From the IMG/VR virus record IMGVR_UViG_3300029305_011610, positions 77,395-122,929 of that record: DNA of 45,535 bases; one strand, 5' to 3'. Every line of letters begins with the position of its first letter. Position 1 is the stretch's first letter. Of this stretch, positions 10,070 through 19,943 are shown piece by piece. The notes beneath the pieces were generated by a model. It saw only the letters and a program-made list of their open reading frames with translations, was not told the DNA's origin and ran no database searches. A program made the position numbers and the translations under genes. The DNA comes from a virus. Lineage: Duplodnaviria; Heunggongvirae; Uroviricota; Caudoviricetes.

Positions 10070-10627
10070 ATGGCAACTGAAAATACTACAAAAACAAGAG
10101 CTAAGAAGACAAAGCCTCAAGATGAAAATATCGAATTATCTGCAGTCGAACCTGTTTCCGAGGAAAGCACTCCAATCAAAGCAAAAGAAATTGATCCTAA
10201 TCAGACTGTTATCGTTCGTAATGGTTTCCAAGGAAGACTGATTTACAAGAGCCCTAGAACCGGTGAGCGATTCATTTGGCCTGAGTTTGGCGATGAACAA
10301 GAAATTGAATTGAAGGAGTTGCGCAACGCTAAGAATTCTTATAAGAAAGCGTTCATTAATAATTGGTTTATGTTTGACGAAGAGTGGGTAATTGATTATC
10401 TCGGTGTCGGCGCATACTACAAGAATGCGCTTAAAATACATGAGTTCGATGACCTATTCAAGAAGCCTGCTCCTGAAATCACTAAGATTATCAGTAAGCT
10501 GTCTGATGGCCAAAAGAAATCTGTTAGCTACAGAGCAAAGCAGCTGATTGCAGAAGGTGAAATTGATTCTAGAAAGTCAATTGCAGCGCTTGAGGACGCT
10601 CTTGGTATTGAGCTTATTGAAAAATAA
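10070..10627 (+). CDS. Hypothetical head-associated protein
   Basis: AAAGGA RBS before ATG 10070; position after the capsid gene. Confidence 0.7.
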   Translation: MATENTTKTRAKKTKPQDENIELSAVEPVSEESTPIKAKEIDPNQTVIVRNGFQGRLIYKSPRTGERFIWPEFGDEQEIELKELRNAKNSYKKAFINNWFMFDEEWVIDYLGVGAYYKNALKIHEFDDLFKKPAPEITKIISKLSDGQKKSVSYRAKQLIAEGEIDSRKSIAALEDALGIELIEK

Positions 10628-10638
10628 GGAGGTAGACT

Positions 10639-11085
10639 ATGGGTACTCCTTATGATGTTTTTACTGAATCATTTTTAAACAAAGTAAATGAGTATGACTT
10701 CATCTCGCTTCCAGAATACGACTCGATGTACATGGTTGATGGCTATATGAAAAAGGCGTGTTCGCAATTTAATCGATTATGCGAATACGACCTATCAAGT
10801 CGAGATGACCTGATCCGCGAGTTCGATGAAAGTATTCCTTACGAGGCTATTGATGAAATTGCCGATATTATCTCAGAAGGTATGCTCGTACAGTGGATGA
10901 AGCCGTATGTGTATAGGCAAGAAAATTTGCAGAATGTACTCAATACAGCAGATTTTTCAACCTACTCTCCTGCTGAACTTCTGTTAAGAATTAGCAACGC
11001 TTATGAAAAAGTACAGAAAGATTTTACCGCTATGATGAGGGAGTATTCATATAATCACGGAGATCTTACAGATCTGCATTTATGA
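10639..11085 (+). CDS. Putative head-tail connector
   Basis: 148 aa, AGGAGG RBS; call from synteny. Confidence 0.55.
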   Translation: MGTPYDVFTESFLNKVNEYDFISLPEYDSMYMVDGYMKKACSQFNRLCEYDLSSRDDLIREFDESIPYEAIDEIADIISEGMLVQWMKPYVYRQENLQNVLNTADFSTYSPAELLLRISNAYEKVQKDFTAMMREYSYNHGDLTDLHL

Positions 11086-11486
11086 TGAATACTGTATTGT
11101 TAGATACGTCTGCAGGTAAGCCAATACGAGTAGAGTTTATTAAAAGTTATTTTCACTCTCTTATAAACAAATTTTTCAAAATACTCCCAATGTATGAAGA
11201 TAACGAAGTAACTCTCTGTGAGTATATGCGAAATCTGCAATCCGAGCTAATTGGTTTTCAGAACCTACTACTTGATTTTGGAACCGATGCAAATTTGATC
11301 TATTTACTATCCGTTCTTGAGTACCTGATAGATATGCATTCCTGTTATGGATTTGAGCTAAATAAGGCGCTTATAAAGCGAGAAGTATTCGGCGCTATCA
11401 GTGTATGCAAAAAAATGGAGCAAAGATGTCATGATATTATTTCATCGCGACAATCCGACAATCAACAAACTTCGGAGGTGTGCTAA
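11082..11486 (+). CDS. Hypothetical helical protein in the head-tail module
   Basis: 134 aa, ATGA overlap with the upstream gene. Confidence 0.65.
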   Translation: MMNTVLLDTSAGKPIRVEFIKSYFHSLINKFFKILPMYEDNEVTLCEYMRNLQSELIGFQNLLLDFGTDANLIYLLSVLEYLIDMHSCYGFELNKALIKREVFGAISVCKKMEQRCHDIISSRQSDNQQTSEVC

Positions 11487-12253
11487 TGAGTGTATGGGAT
11501 ATGTATAGCACACGAATCAACGCCAAGTCATCTAATAGAGATGTAATTGTTGATCGTACTCAAAAATACATAACTAAAAAACTAAGAGATAGCGCATCTT
11601 ATTTTAATGTAAGGATAGACGATATTTCGCAAAATGTTGCAATTATAAACACAGACAACCTTAACGAGAAGTTTATCTACTCTTTACCAAACGAAGATAT
11701 CCCTCACGGTGGTCTTGTAGAATGGATGGATAACTATTGGTTAGTCACAGAGAGAGATGCAGCTTCAGAAATGTATACTCGCGCCAAGATGATTCAATGC
11801 AACTATCTGTTACGTTGGATAGACAAAGATAAAGTTATCCATGAGCAATGGTGTGTTATTGAGGACGGTACGAAATACCTTACGGGCGCTTATTCTGATA
11901 GAGATTTTATTACAACAAGAGGCGACTCGAGAATTGTAATGACTATCTCAAAGAATGAACATACAACTAAGTTTAATAGAAGCAATCGTTTTCTGATTGA
12001 TGATGAAGACAGTAGTATGATGCTGGCTTACGAACTTACTAAGCCATATAAACTTAGTAATGTCTATAACAGAAAAGGTGTGTTCAAATTTGTACTGCAA
12101 GAAGTGAATACGACGGATAACGATAACATAGAACTTCGTATTGCAGATTACTACAGTCATTTTTCTGAAGATGGCCAAGAAATTGAGGCTTCAGAAATTA
12201 CGATTACACCAGAAGAAAATATAGACGATTTAGGAAGGCAGGTGTGGCTGTAG
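11486..12253 (+). CDS. Putative head closure/head-tail joining protein
   Basis: GGAGG RBS, TAATG coupling, beta-rich sequence; synteny. Confidence 0.55.
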   Translation: MSVWDMYSTRINAKSSNRDVIVDRTQKYITKKLRDSASYFNVRIDDISQNVAIINTDNLNEKFIYSLPNEDIPHGGLVEWMDNYWLVTERDAASEMYTRAKMIQCNYLLRWIDKDKVIHEQWCVIEDGTKYLTGAYSDRDFITTRGDSRIVMTISKNEHTTKFNRSNRFLIDDEDSSMMLAYELTKPYKLSNVYNRKGVFKFVLQEVNTTDNDNIELRIADYYSHFSEDGQEIEASEITITPEENIDDLGRQVWL

Positions 12254-12753
12254 TGGATTTTGAAGAGTTTTATACGGATTATAAAAACCAGCTAATGAAA
12301 GACCTGCTTACAGATGATGGCATTGTTCGACTTATCGATAATGATTCTATTAATAATGTTACTTCTCTTGCTTATAAAAACGTGTTTCCGTATGAGTATA
12401 TACCGGAAACCATTGAGTACGGCGAGACGTATATTTGTTTTGATGTTGATTTACAAAAATCTATGAGCAAGTCAGTGCTTGCGCCAGTTATCTACGTGTG
12501 GGTATTCACACACAAATCATTGCTAAAGCTTCCAGAAGGTGGAGTCCGTGTAGACAAATTAGTTGCTAAGATAGCAAAAAAATTAAATGGCAGCAGGCAT
12601 TATGGACTCGGAACATTAGACCTGTACTCAGTTAAGCGCTTTGCTCCGTTGGATGATTATCAAGGGAAAGTCATGACTTTTTACGCAGAGGATTTCAATC
12701 AGATCTCTAGCACAAAGAAAGTACCTCCGTCTAATAGAAAGAAGGGCGTTTGA
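12244..12753 (+). CDS. Putative tail terminator/completion protein
   Basis: 169 aa, GTG start; synteny. Confidence 0.5.
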   Translation: MAVVDFEEFYTDYKNQLMKDLLTDDGIVRLIDNDSINNVTSLAYKNVFPYEYIPETIEYGETYICFDVDLQKSMSKSVLAPVIYVWVFTHKSLLKLPEGGVRVDKLVAKIAKKLNGSRHYGLGTLDLYSVKRFAPLDDYQGKVMTFYAEDFNQISSTKKVPPSNRKKGV

Positions 12754-13469
12754 TGGCTAGTTTGCTATATGCAACCGAGTGGCCTGTTAACAAGGAAAAC
12801 ACCATCAGTATATACTTGCCAACAGTAGGTCAAATTATTGATGATGAAGATCGATACTATGATATGGTGTATCGATTAACTGCTATGCCTATAGATTTAA
12901 TGGTTCAATTAGACGAGATTGGAATTGATTTTAGTACTGTTGATGACTTTCATCTATTCCTATCAATGCTTAACGGAATGAAGAATACAGATATGAGTCT
13001 AATATTCGGAGATCTTGATTTGACCAAATTTGAGTTTGGCGTCGACGTAAAAAACGAAGACCTAGCATTAATCAATGAAGATGACGATATCGTTATCGAC
13101 AGAAAAACATACCTCCAGATCACAGGTGTATTAAGAAAGCTCCATCGTCTGGAAAAGGATATAAGAAAGCCTGGTAATGAAGAGGCTAAAAAATATATGC
13201 TCGAGCGTGCAAAAAAGAAGTACAAACGTAAGAAAACGAGAAAATTTGAGTCACAGCTCGAGCCTCTAATTGTTGCGATGGTAAACACCAAGGAGTTTAA
13301 ATATGACTATCAGAGCGTTCGCGAAATCTCTATTTATCAGTTTAATGAGAGTGTTTACCAGATAATCAAGCGAGTCGATTATGATAATCGAATGGTCGGT
13401 ATTTACACCGGCTCAATAAGCGCCAAAGAGTTTAAGCCTGAAGATCTTAACTGGTTGGTGCATAAATAA
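12750..13469 (+). CDS. Hypothetical tail-module protein
   Basis: 239 aa, overlaps the upstream stop codon. Confidence 0.65.
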   Translation: MMASLLYATEWPVNKENTISIYLPTVGQIIDDEDRYYDMVYRLTAMPIDLMVQLDEIGIDFSTVDDFHLFLSMLNGMKNTDMSLIFGDLDLTKFEFGVDVKNEDLALINEDDDIVIDRKTYLQITGVLRKLHRLEKDIRKPGNEEAKKYMLERAKKKYKRKKTRKFESQLEPLIVAMVNTKEFKYDYQSVREISIYQFNESVYQIIKRVDYDNRMVGIYTGSISAKEFKPEDLNWLVHK

Positions 13470-13476
13470 TTTTGAC

Positions 13477-13498
13477 GGAGAGCGTGTGCTCTCCTTTT
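13477..13498 (+). terminator. Intrinsic terminator-like hairpin
   Basis: GGAGAGC-GTGT-GCTCTCC-TTTT. Confidence 0.6.
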
Positions 13499-13523
13499 AT
13501 CTTTTATAAGGAGGAATCCTACC

Positions 13524-14327
13524 ATGGTAAATGTTAATGATATCATGATCACCAGTGTGGAAGAAATTCACGTATTCGACCTATCTGGCGAAAAGTGGCT
13601 GTTCGACCTAGATGAACTGCAGAATGTAACCATCGCAAACTCCGAAGAGAAGGAAGATATCGTTGGTAAGAAGGGACGTAAACTGACCACTATGAAGAAG
13701 AATAAGTCCGCTGTCGTAAGTGGTTCCAATGGTGTTGTATCTGGTGGTCTGATGGCAGTTCAGACTGGTGGCGAATTTGAAAATGGTAAGACTACCGTTC
13801 TTTGGTCTGAATCCCTGTTCGTAAAGAGCAGCGTCGCTACTACCAATTGGACTGCTATTGGCACTACTGGCAACGAAATCAAGGAAGTTCATGTAAAAGA
13901 CTCCGCTACCGGTGTTATTACTAATGTTCTAACTCAGGACGCTTCCGTTGGTTCTGGTAAGTTTACTTATGACCCTGCGACTAAGGGTCTGAAGTTCGAT
14001 TCTGGCGATGTAGCAGACGGCGCTGAAATTGTTGTTCACTACAATCGTTACGTAGAAGGTTCTGTGCTGAAGAATATGAACGACAAGTTCTCCGCTAAGT
14101 GCATGATGATCGTCGATGCGATGGGCGAAGATAAGTGCTCTAATGTATATCACGTTCAGTATGTCATGCCTAAGGTCGACTTCTCTGGCGAATTCTCTCA
14201 GGAAATGGGCGACGGTCAGACTATGCATAACTTCGAAGCTGAATGTCTGCCTGGTGCTTGCAGCGCAAACGGCGAACTGTGGACTTACACTGTTTTTGGC
14301 GTTAACGCTGCTGATGTAGCTGCTTAA
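13524..14327 (+). CDS. Major tail (tube) protein
   Basis: 267 aa, AGGAGG RBS, the same highly expressed codon bias as the capsid gene, beta-rich; synteny. Confidence 0.75.
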   Translation: MVNVNDIMITSVEEIHVFDLSGEKWLFDLDELQNVTIANSEEKEDIVGKKGRKLTTMKKNKSAVVSGSNGVVSGGLMAVQTGGEFENGKTTVLWSESLFVKSSVATTNWTAIGTTGNEIKEVHVKDSATGVITNVLTQDASVGSGKFTYDPATKGLKFDSGDVADGAEIVVHYNRYVEGSVLKNMNDKFSAKCMMIVDAMGEDKCSNVYHVQYVMPKVDFSGEFSQEMGDGQTMHNFEAECLPGACSANGELWTYTVFGVNAADVAA

Positions 14328-14596
14328 TGGCTACGTTTATAAAAACTTGTCGCGTATGTGGTAAGGAATATGAGGTGTGTGCTACTGCAAGACGTGTTGA
14401 CGGAGTATTTCGTTGGCAAGAAGTAGCGTGCTCTCCAGACTGCGGCGAGAAATACCTCGCTGCAGTCCTTAGAAATAGAGCAGGAGTTGAAGAGCAAGTT
14501 GAATATTGCGACACATACGAAGATATAGAAGATGATGTTGAGGACGATGATCCAATCAACGAAGAAGACGACGATATTGAAATTGAGCTCCTGTAA
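14327..14596 (+). CDS. Small Zn-finger protein with an acidic tail
   Basis: CRVCGKEYEVC...CSPDC and a D/E-rich C-terminus; TAATG coupling. Confidence 0.7.
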   Translation: MATFIKTCRVCGKEYEVCATARRVDGVFRWQEVACSPDCGEKYLAAVLRNRAGVEEQVEYCDTYEDIEDDVEDDDPINEEDDDIEIELL

Positions 14597-14598
14597 AT

Positions 14599-14620
14599 AA
14601 GGGCGGCATATGCCGCCCTT
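14599..14620. repeat. Perfect 22-bp palindrome, probable terminator
   Basis: AAGGGCGGCAT|ATGCCGCCCTT. Confidence 0.7.
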
Positions 14621-14646
14621 GAACTATTTTTTCGCGAGGTGAATCG

Positions 14647-15216
14647 ATGGAGAAGTTAGTACTGGTCTCCCCTATCCCACCTTCCGTAAATCACTATCTT
14701 TCTTATAGAAGTGTTATTAAGAACGGGAAGGCTCTTGCCTACTCTTATAAAACACAAGAAGCGTCAGAGTACAGAAAGAAGTTTTCTAACTATGTAGCTT
14801 CAGAAGTATCCAAACAAGGGTGGGATCTGGGGCTTAACAAGCTACAGCACTTTTATGTAGATGCTGACTTCTATTTCCCGAGGATCGATAAAGACCCAAA
14901 TAATTACTGGAAAATTATGATCGATGCAATAACCGACACTCAGCTCATATGGGTCGACGATAACGTTGTATGCGAGCGCGTAAACAAAATACTATACGAT
15001 ACCAAGGATCCACGAATTGAATTAACGATTTATCCAGTTGAGTATGTAGGTATTTTTAAGAACAAGCAAGAGTATGAACAGTTTGAATCCAACTGTAAAA
15101 CATGCAGCCGTTATTCAAATAACTGTAGCATTCTCTCAAAAGCAAAGGAAGGTCGCATACAGGATGAAATTGTAAATAACGTTTGCACTAAGTACAGACT
15201 TAAGAAAAATAAATGA
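14647..15216 (+). CDS. rusA: RusA-family Holliday junction resolvase
   Basis: PPSVNHY at the N-terminus, and DKDPNNYWKIMIDAIT...WVDDNVV matching the RusA D-N-K-D...DD motif; Cys-rich C-terminal extension. Confidence 0.75.
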   Translation: MEKLVLVSPIPPSVNHYLSYRSVIKNGKALAYSYKTQEASEYRKKFSNYVASEVSKQGWDLGLNKLQHFYVDADFYFPRIDKDPNNYWKIMIDAITDTQLIWVDDNVVCERVNKILYDTKDPRIELTIYPVEYVGIFKNKQEYEQFESNCKTCSRYSNNCSILSKAKEGRIQDEIVNNVCTKYRLKKNK

Positions 15217-15235
15217 ATTAAAGGAGAGTTACATA

Positions 15236-15817
15236 ATGAGCAAGAATGCTAAAAAGGTTTCTATTTCTCAGGTAGATAAGATTATGAAGGAATACTTTGA
15301 ACTAACAAAGAATGTAGAGTGGAAGGGCATTGATATCACAGTCACCAAGTCCCTATCTTTAGCCGACATGCTTCAGTTTTGCAATGATGTTGTGAAGACT
15401 TGCACTAACCCCGATAATGGCGGTTACATGCCCGAACTAAAAGACTTCGCAATTCGTATGAATGTCGTTGAGATGTACTCCAATGTAAAATTGCCTGATA
15501 ATCTCGAGCACAAATATTATATTCTGATTAACTCAGGGCTGGTTGAAGCAATTCTTGAGCATGTTAACACCAACCAGTATTTCGAACTGGTTGAATCCAT
15601 CAATGATAAGTTGAAAGCAATTGTAGATGCTAATACTGATGCCATTGAAAAACAATTAAACGAAGTCGCTCATGCATTCGAGCAAATGCAAGCGAACATG
15701 GAAACCGCAATGAATGGTTTGGATATGTCCGTTCTCGAAAGATTAGCAAACACATTCGGCGATGAGGATGTAATGAATAAAGCAATCTTATCTTATGTTA
15801 AGGATAGTGCTGAATAA
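15236..15817 (+). CDS. Hypothetical protein, possible tail assembly chaperone
   Basis: 193 aa, helical, AAGGAG RBS; lies between major tail and tape measure. Confidence 0.6.
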   Translation: MSKNAKKVSISQVDKIMKEYFELTKNVEWKGIDITVTKSLSLADMLQFCNDVVKTCTNPDNGGYMPELKDFAIRMNVVEMYSNVKLPDNLEHKYYILINSGLVEAILEHVNTNQYFELVESINDKLKAIVDANTDAIEKQLNEVAHAFEQMQANMETAMNGLDMSVLERLANTFGDEDVMNKAILSYVKDSAE

Positions 15818-16395
15818 TGGCTAGCATTAATATGGCGTCCGTAGAAAAGAAGATTCTTGCCTATGCAAACTCTGATAAAGGCAAGAAAAAAATGGATAAG
15901 ACGCTTGTCAAATATGTCAACCAGAATGTAGATACTACTGATGCAGGTAGTTTTGTTGTTAATAAAAAGCAAATGAAAAAAGCCGCTCAGGAGTTAGTTA
16001 GGTTTGTTAAACAGGCAGCAGCATCTGGCGAAGTAGCACCATCTGTTTTGGCCGATATTTCAACACTAACAGCTTCTAACCCGAAACATGTCGGAGGAAC
16101 AACATGGATGATAGAGCTTTCGTTTGGCGGCGATCTCGGAAGACCTTCATTACAACCCGAGAGATACGGTGGAGTAACAAATATTATTGCACTATTTAAT
16201 AATGGTTATCCAAAAGATGCAGGCAGATCAGAAGCAATATCTCATGTTTTTGGTCTCTGGGGTGATCGATACGTTTTTGCGAAACCATCTCGAGAAGCTT
16301 TAAACTTTATGCAGCAAGCTGTTAATGAGTTTAACACTAAATATGCGGCTTCTTACAATACATACGTTGAACTAGATGGAATATATGAAGGATAA
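15817..16395 (+). CDS. Hypothetical tail-module protein
   Basis: 192 aa, TAATG coupling. Confidence 0.65.
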   Translation: MASINMASVEKKILAYANSDKGKKKMDKTLVKYVNQNVDTTDAGSFVVNKKQMKKAAQELVRFVKQAAASGEVAPSVLADISTLTASNPKHVGGTTWMIELSFGGDLGRPSLQPERYGGVTNIIALFNNGYPKDAGRSEAISHVFGLWGDRYVFAKPSREALNFMQQAVNEFNTKYAASYNTYVELDGIYEG

Positions 16396-16506
16396 GTGTT
16401 TATCTATTTGCTAAAAGCTATGCATTTAAAATATATTTGTAAACCGGTTGTTAATTTGACGTGTTTGATGTACAATTGTACTAATAATTGTACAGAGGGT
16501 GATGTA

Positions 16507-16677
16507 ATGGTTTCTACTAAAACTAAAGTTCCATCTAAAAATCAAGACAAAATTAAGTCCGACCGAGAATGCAATTTTTCGCTTCAGCCCGGTAGTGTAA
16601 AACCTTTCAACATACCTGAAATGACTGGAAGTAAATCGGGCAATCAGGCAGATAGTACATCCAAGAAGGAGGATTAA
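16507..16677 (+). CDS. Small hypothetical protein in an AT-rich moron (56 aa)
   Basis: GAGGGTGA RBS before ATG 16507; the ORF track start at 16396 has no RBS. Confidence 0.5.
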   Translation: MVSTKTKVPSKNQDKIKSDRECNFSLQPGSVKPFNIPEMTGSKSGNQADSTSKKED

Positions 16678-17273
16678 TTATCGATACTATCATATCAGCA
16701 ATAGATAATATCCCTAATCTATTACAGTACTTCATTTCGGGATATTGGTCTATTTATATTTTTAATACATTCGGCCCGAGGAAAACATCTAATTCCAATA
16801 TAGTTATTCTTTCGTGCGTTCTAAGCTATATTTATCTTTCAATTGTAGCGTTTGCTCGATTAAAAATAACAATAGTAGGAAATGTTCCAGATCTGGCAAT
16901 CTACAACTCTTTCTTATCTATTATAATAGGTACACTTCTATCCTCCATTCTTTCTGTCATCTTTTCTTCCAAAATATTTTCGAAGATTACAACCAAGTTA
17001 TTTAAAAAGACGATAAGTGACAGCATTTGGAGAGATGTGCTGGATTTAACCAACGGATCGAATTTGAAAATTTATTTGAATGGGTCTGATTATTATATTA
17101 TAGGACATTTCAAAAACATTGACGAAAACGAGTCATGGTTGGCAGTATCTGCTTTTGGTAAGTTCGACAAGACAACCAACAAACCACTAGAGAGCGAGCC
17201 ATCTTTTTTGGATAAGCCAAATGTAATATACACTGTCAGACTGTCTGATGTAGAGCATATCGAAATATTTTAA
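16677..17273 (+). CDS. Multi-pass membrane protein with a non-canonical start (ATT 16677 or ATC 16680), about 198 aa
   Basis: The frame is open from 16677 through the track ORF 17037..17273. AGGAGG RBS at 16667-16672. Hydrophobic segments (LLQYFISGYWSIYIF, IVILSCVLSYIYLSIVAF, FLSIIIGTLLSSILSVIF) are followed by a soluble beta-rich domain. Confidence 0.7.
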   Translation: MIDTIISAIDNIPNLLQYFISGYWSIYIFNTFGPRKTSNSNIVILSCVLSYIYLSIVAFARLKITIVGNVPDLAIYNSFLSIIIGTLLSSILSVIFSSKIFSKITTKLFKKTISDSIWRDVLDLTNGSNLKIYLNGSDYYIIGHFKNIDENESWLAVSAFGKFDKTTNKPLESEPSFLDKPNVIYTVRLSDVEHIEIF

Positions 17274-17278
17274 ACATA

Positions 17279-17346
17279 ACCCCTTGCGGAAGCAAGGGGT
17301 GTCTTTATATTTACTTTCCCTGCCACGACTATGTCGTGGCTTTTTT
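17279..17346 (+). terminator. Two tandem hairpins closing the moron
   Basis: ACCCCTTGC-GGAA-GCAAGGGGT (17279-17300) and GCCACGAC-TAT-GTCGTGGC-TTTTTT (17322-17346). Confidence 0.7.
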
Positions 17347-17407
17347 CTGTTTTACAGTCCATGCGTGAGCATGATCTGTTTACACCACATAAAAGGATGG
17401 TGAGACA

Positions 17408-18643
17408 ATGGCAGATATTTTGCTTTCTTTTGGTTTAAAGCATAATGCTGCGTTAGACGAAAATTTAGCCGGTGATTTAAGTGCGGCAATAAAAAAAGTC
17501 GAAGCAAGCGCTCCAAAGATAAAAGTCGGGGTGCAAATCGACCCAAATTCACTAAATACGTTTAAGACACAACTTACAAGAATTGTTAACAGTGTTACTA
17601 CTGGGACCGGCAAGCCGGTTTCTTTGAAGATAGATGGGCTTGGTAATATTACTGCTGATGCAGATAAGGCAGCCAATGCTGTGAAAAAGGTTGGTGATAC
17701 AGCAAAACAAACAGCAGCAAGCGTTAGTTCTGTAGGAAATAAGGTTAGCGCCACGTTTAAAACAAAAGCTCTTGACCAACTGGACAAAAAAATTGAAAGA
17801 CTAAGGAAGAATCTCCAAAACTGGTCTGCGGCAGCAAATTCCGATAAGACTGCCGGATATTACGACGAACTTACAAAAGCATTAAATAAATATATTGAAG
17901 TAAGAAAAAGAATAGAATCGTTTGATGTTGGTAAAAAGAACGGCGTAATAAACTCAAATTTAGAGTCCGACATGATGTCGGAGATAAAACTCATTGACGA
18001 TACCGTTAGCGGAGCAACGAGAGAGATTAAGGACGCAGATAAAGCAACAAAATCTTGGGGGGGTAGACTTGGCAGTTTGGCAGGAAAGTTTACCACATGG
18101 CTGTCTGTTTCACAGGTCATAATGCAGATTTATACTGCGCTCAAGAAAATGGTAACAACCGCAATCGAAGTTGATACTGCGATGACCGAATTAAAAAAGG
18201 TTACCAACGAAACAGACGCTACGTACGATAAGTTCTTAGATAACGCCGCAACTCGAGCAAAAGAAGTTGGTGCTACGTTAACTGATGTGGTTAATGCAAG
18301 TGCGTCCTTTGCAAGACTTGGCTATGATATTGACGAAGCATCTAATCTTGCGGATACCGCAATTGTATACAAAAACGTAGCAGATGATATTGACTCAATT
18401 GACGTCGCGTCGTCTAGTATTATTTCGACAATGCAAGCTTTTGGGGTTGAAGCTAATAATGCAATGAGCATCGTTGATAAATTCAATGAGGTTTCAAACA
18501 ATTTCGCCATTACGTCTGGTGGTCTGGGTGAGGCATTGCAGAGATCTGCAGCGGCAATGAATGCCGCCGGCAACACTTTGGATCAGACTGTGGCATTGGT
18601 AACAGCCGCTAATACGGTAGTTCAGAACCCTGAATCTGTGGGT
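17408..18643 (+). CDS. Tape measure protein exon 1
   Basis: TP901-type tape measure core (AMTELKKVT, FARLGY, DKFNEVSNNFAIT, ALVTAANTVVQNPESVG); ends in GGT. Confidence 0.9.
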
Positions 18644-19924
18644 GGACTTGCGCCCAACAGCGTGGTAACACGCTGGAAGTAGATAGCTATATCGGTTAAA
18701 GGCTGGAGGCAGCTCAGACCGAGGAAAGATATTGTAGTACGCTCCCGTGGTAGTTAGGATGGCCACGGGTTTTATTATTTAATGAGAAGGTGAAACGATT
18801 AATAAAACAGGTGTAAGCATACCATGTGAAACATGCGGAAAAATGATATATAAAACGAAATATCAGTATGAGAATAAATCTCATCATTTTTGCTCAAACA
18901 AATGCCAGGCAATAAAAAGAAGAGAGCTTGCTTTTGAATATAGGCCTTGCGAAGTGTGTGGTTCCGAAATGTATTTATCAAAGAAGTCAACAAAACGTTT
19001 TTGCTCAAATGAGTGCCAACACATTTGGCAACAGGGCAATACAGGATTTAAGAACTCACGTTTCAAAGGTGGATATGTCGTCTGTGAAACGTGTAAAAAG
19101 GAGTTTTTAGTAGGACAATATATATACGAAAGCGGCAGGCATCATTTTTGCTCACAAGAATGTAGGCAAGCGTGGTATGCGAATGTCTGGTCTCAATCTG
19201 ATGATTGGAGAAACGAGTCAAGAATAAGAGCTGCTTCGCTAATGAAAACTAACAAAGTTACGGCCCAGACTCGTCCGCAGGTATTAGTCAACGAATTTTT
19301 GGAAGAAATGAATATACCATATATCAATGAAAAAACATACGATTATTACTCTGTTGACAATTATCTTATTGATCAAAATTTAATCATTGAAGTTATGGGG
19401 GACTATTGGCATAGTAGTCCATTAAAATATGTAGAAAAGATTAACGATAAGCAACGGCATATCATTTCTAGATATAGCTAAAAAAACATACATTAAGAAT
19501 TATTATAATATTGACATTCTATATTTATGGGAAACTGACATAATTAAACGCCCAGAGCTATGCAAAAAGCTGATTAAGCTTTATATAAGTAATAACGGTA
19601 TTTTAGAAAATTATCATTCGTTTAATTATAGTTTAGAGCACAACATTTTGACATTAAATAAAAATATCATTATACCAAAACAAGAATTAGAGAAAATCGC
19701 GTGCTAATGTCCTAACCATTTTGCTCGCGGTATGTACTACAATAAATCCGTAACGACTGTAATACTCATTATGGTAACATAATGAGTTCCGCTATCCCCC
19801 GTCTCGGGTGAAGATACAGTCTGAACTCACACGATAACCTAAAAATGAAATGTGAGAGATAGCCAGAAATGACTATCCGCCACTTTTGTGGTCAGTACCG
19901 GGTTGCCGGGAAAGTAACAGATTG
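18644..19924 (+). ncRNA. Group I intron 4 in the tape measure gene (1281 nt) carrying a degenerate endonuclease ORF
   Basis: P1 UGUGGGU/GCCCAACA. Core TATCGGTTAAAG, GACCGAGGAAAG, CCGTAACGACTG, GAAGATACAGTCTGAAC. The 11-bp stem TATTGTAGTAC (18730)/GTACTACAATA (19734) encloses the ORF. Terminal G at 19924. Confidence 0.85.
18798..19707 (+). pseudogene. Intron-encoded Zn-finger/PD-(D/E)xK (Vsr/DUF559-like) endonuclease, frameshifted near 19476
   Basis: Three CxxC...FCSxxC repeats and DNYLIDQNLIIEVMGDYWH. The frame stops at 19481, but the +1 frame 19477..19707 continues AKKTYIKNYYNIDILYLWETDI...C*. Probable ATT start at 18798 after AAGGTGA. Confidence 0.75.
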
Positions 19925-19943
19925 ACAACACTAAAAACAGTAT
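19925..19943 (+). CDS. Tape measure exon 2 (19-nt micro-exon)
   Basis: ACA ACA CTA AAA ACA GTA T = TTLKTV plus the first base of Ser. Joining gives NPESVG|TTLKTVS|MYLRAAKTEA. Confidence 0.85.

Noticed and set aside
11082-11486. 134-aa helical ORF as the missing DGR Avd
   Set aside because: It lies 27 kb from the DGR and is translationally coupled within the head-tail module. Size and helicity alone are not enough; an HMM search would settle it.
15236-16395. Programmed frameshift tail assembly chaperone pair
   Set aside because: I found no convincing XXXYYYZ slippery site near the end of 15236..15817, and the next gene has its own coupled ATG.
16456-16490. Sigma-A promoter for the moron as a firm feature
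   Set aside because: TTGACG is a good -35, but the hexamer at 17-nt spacing (TACTAA) is a weak -10; kept only as context in the moron finding.
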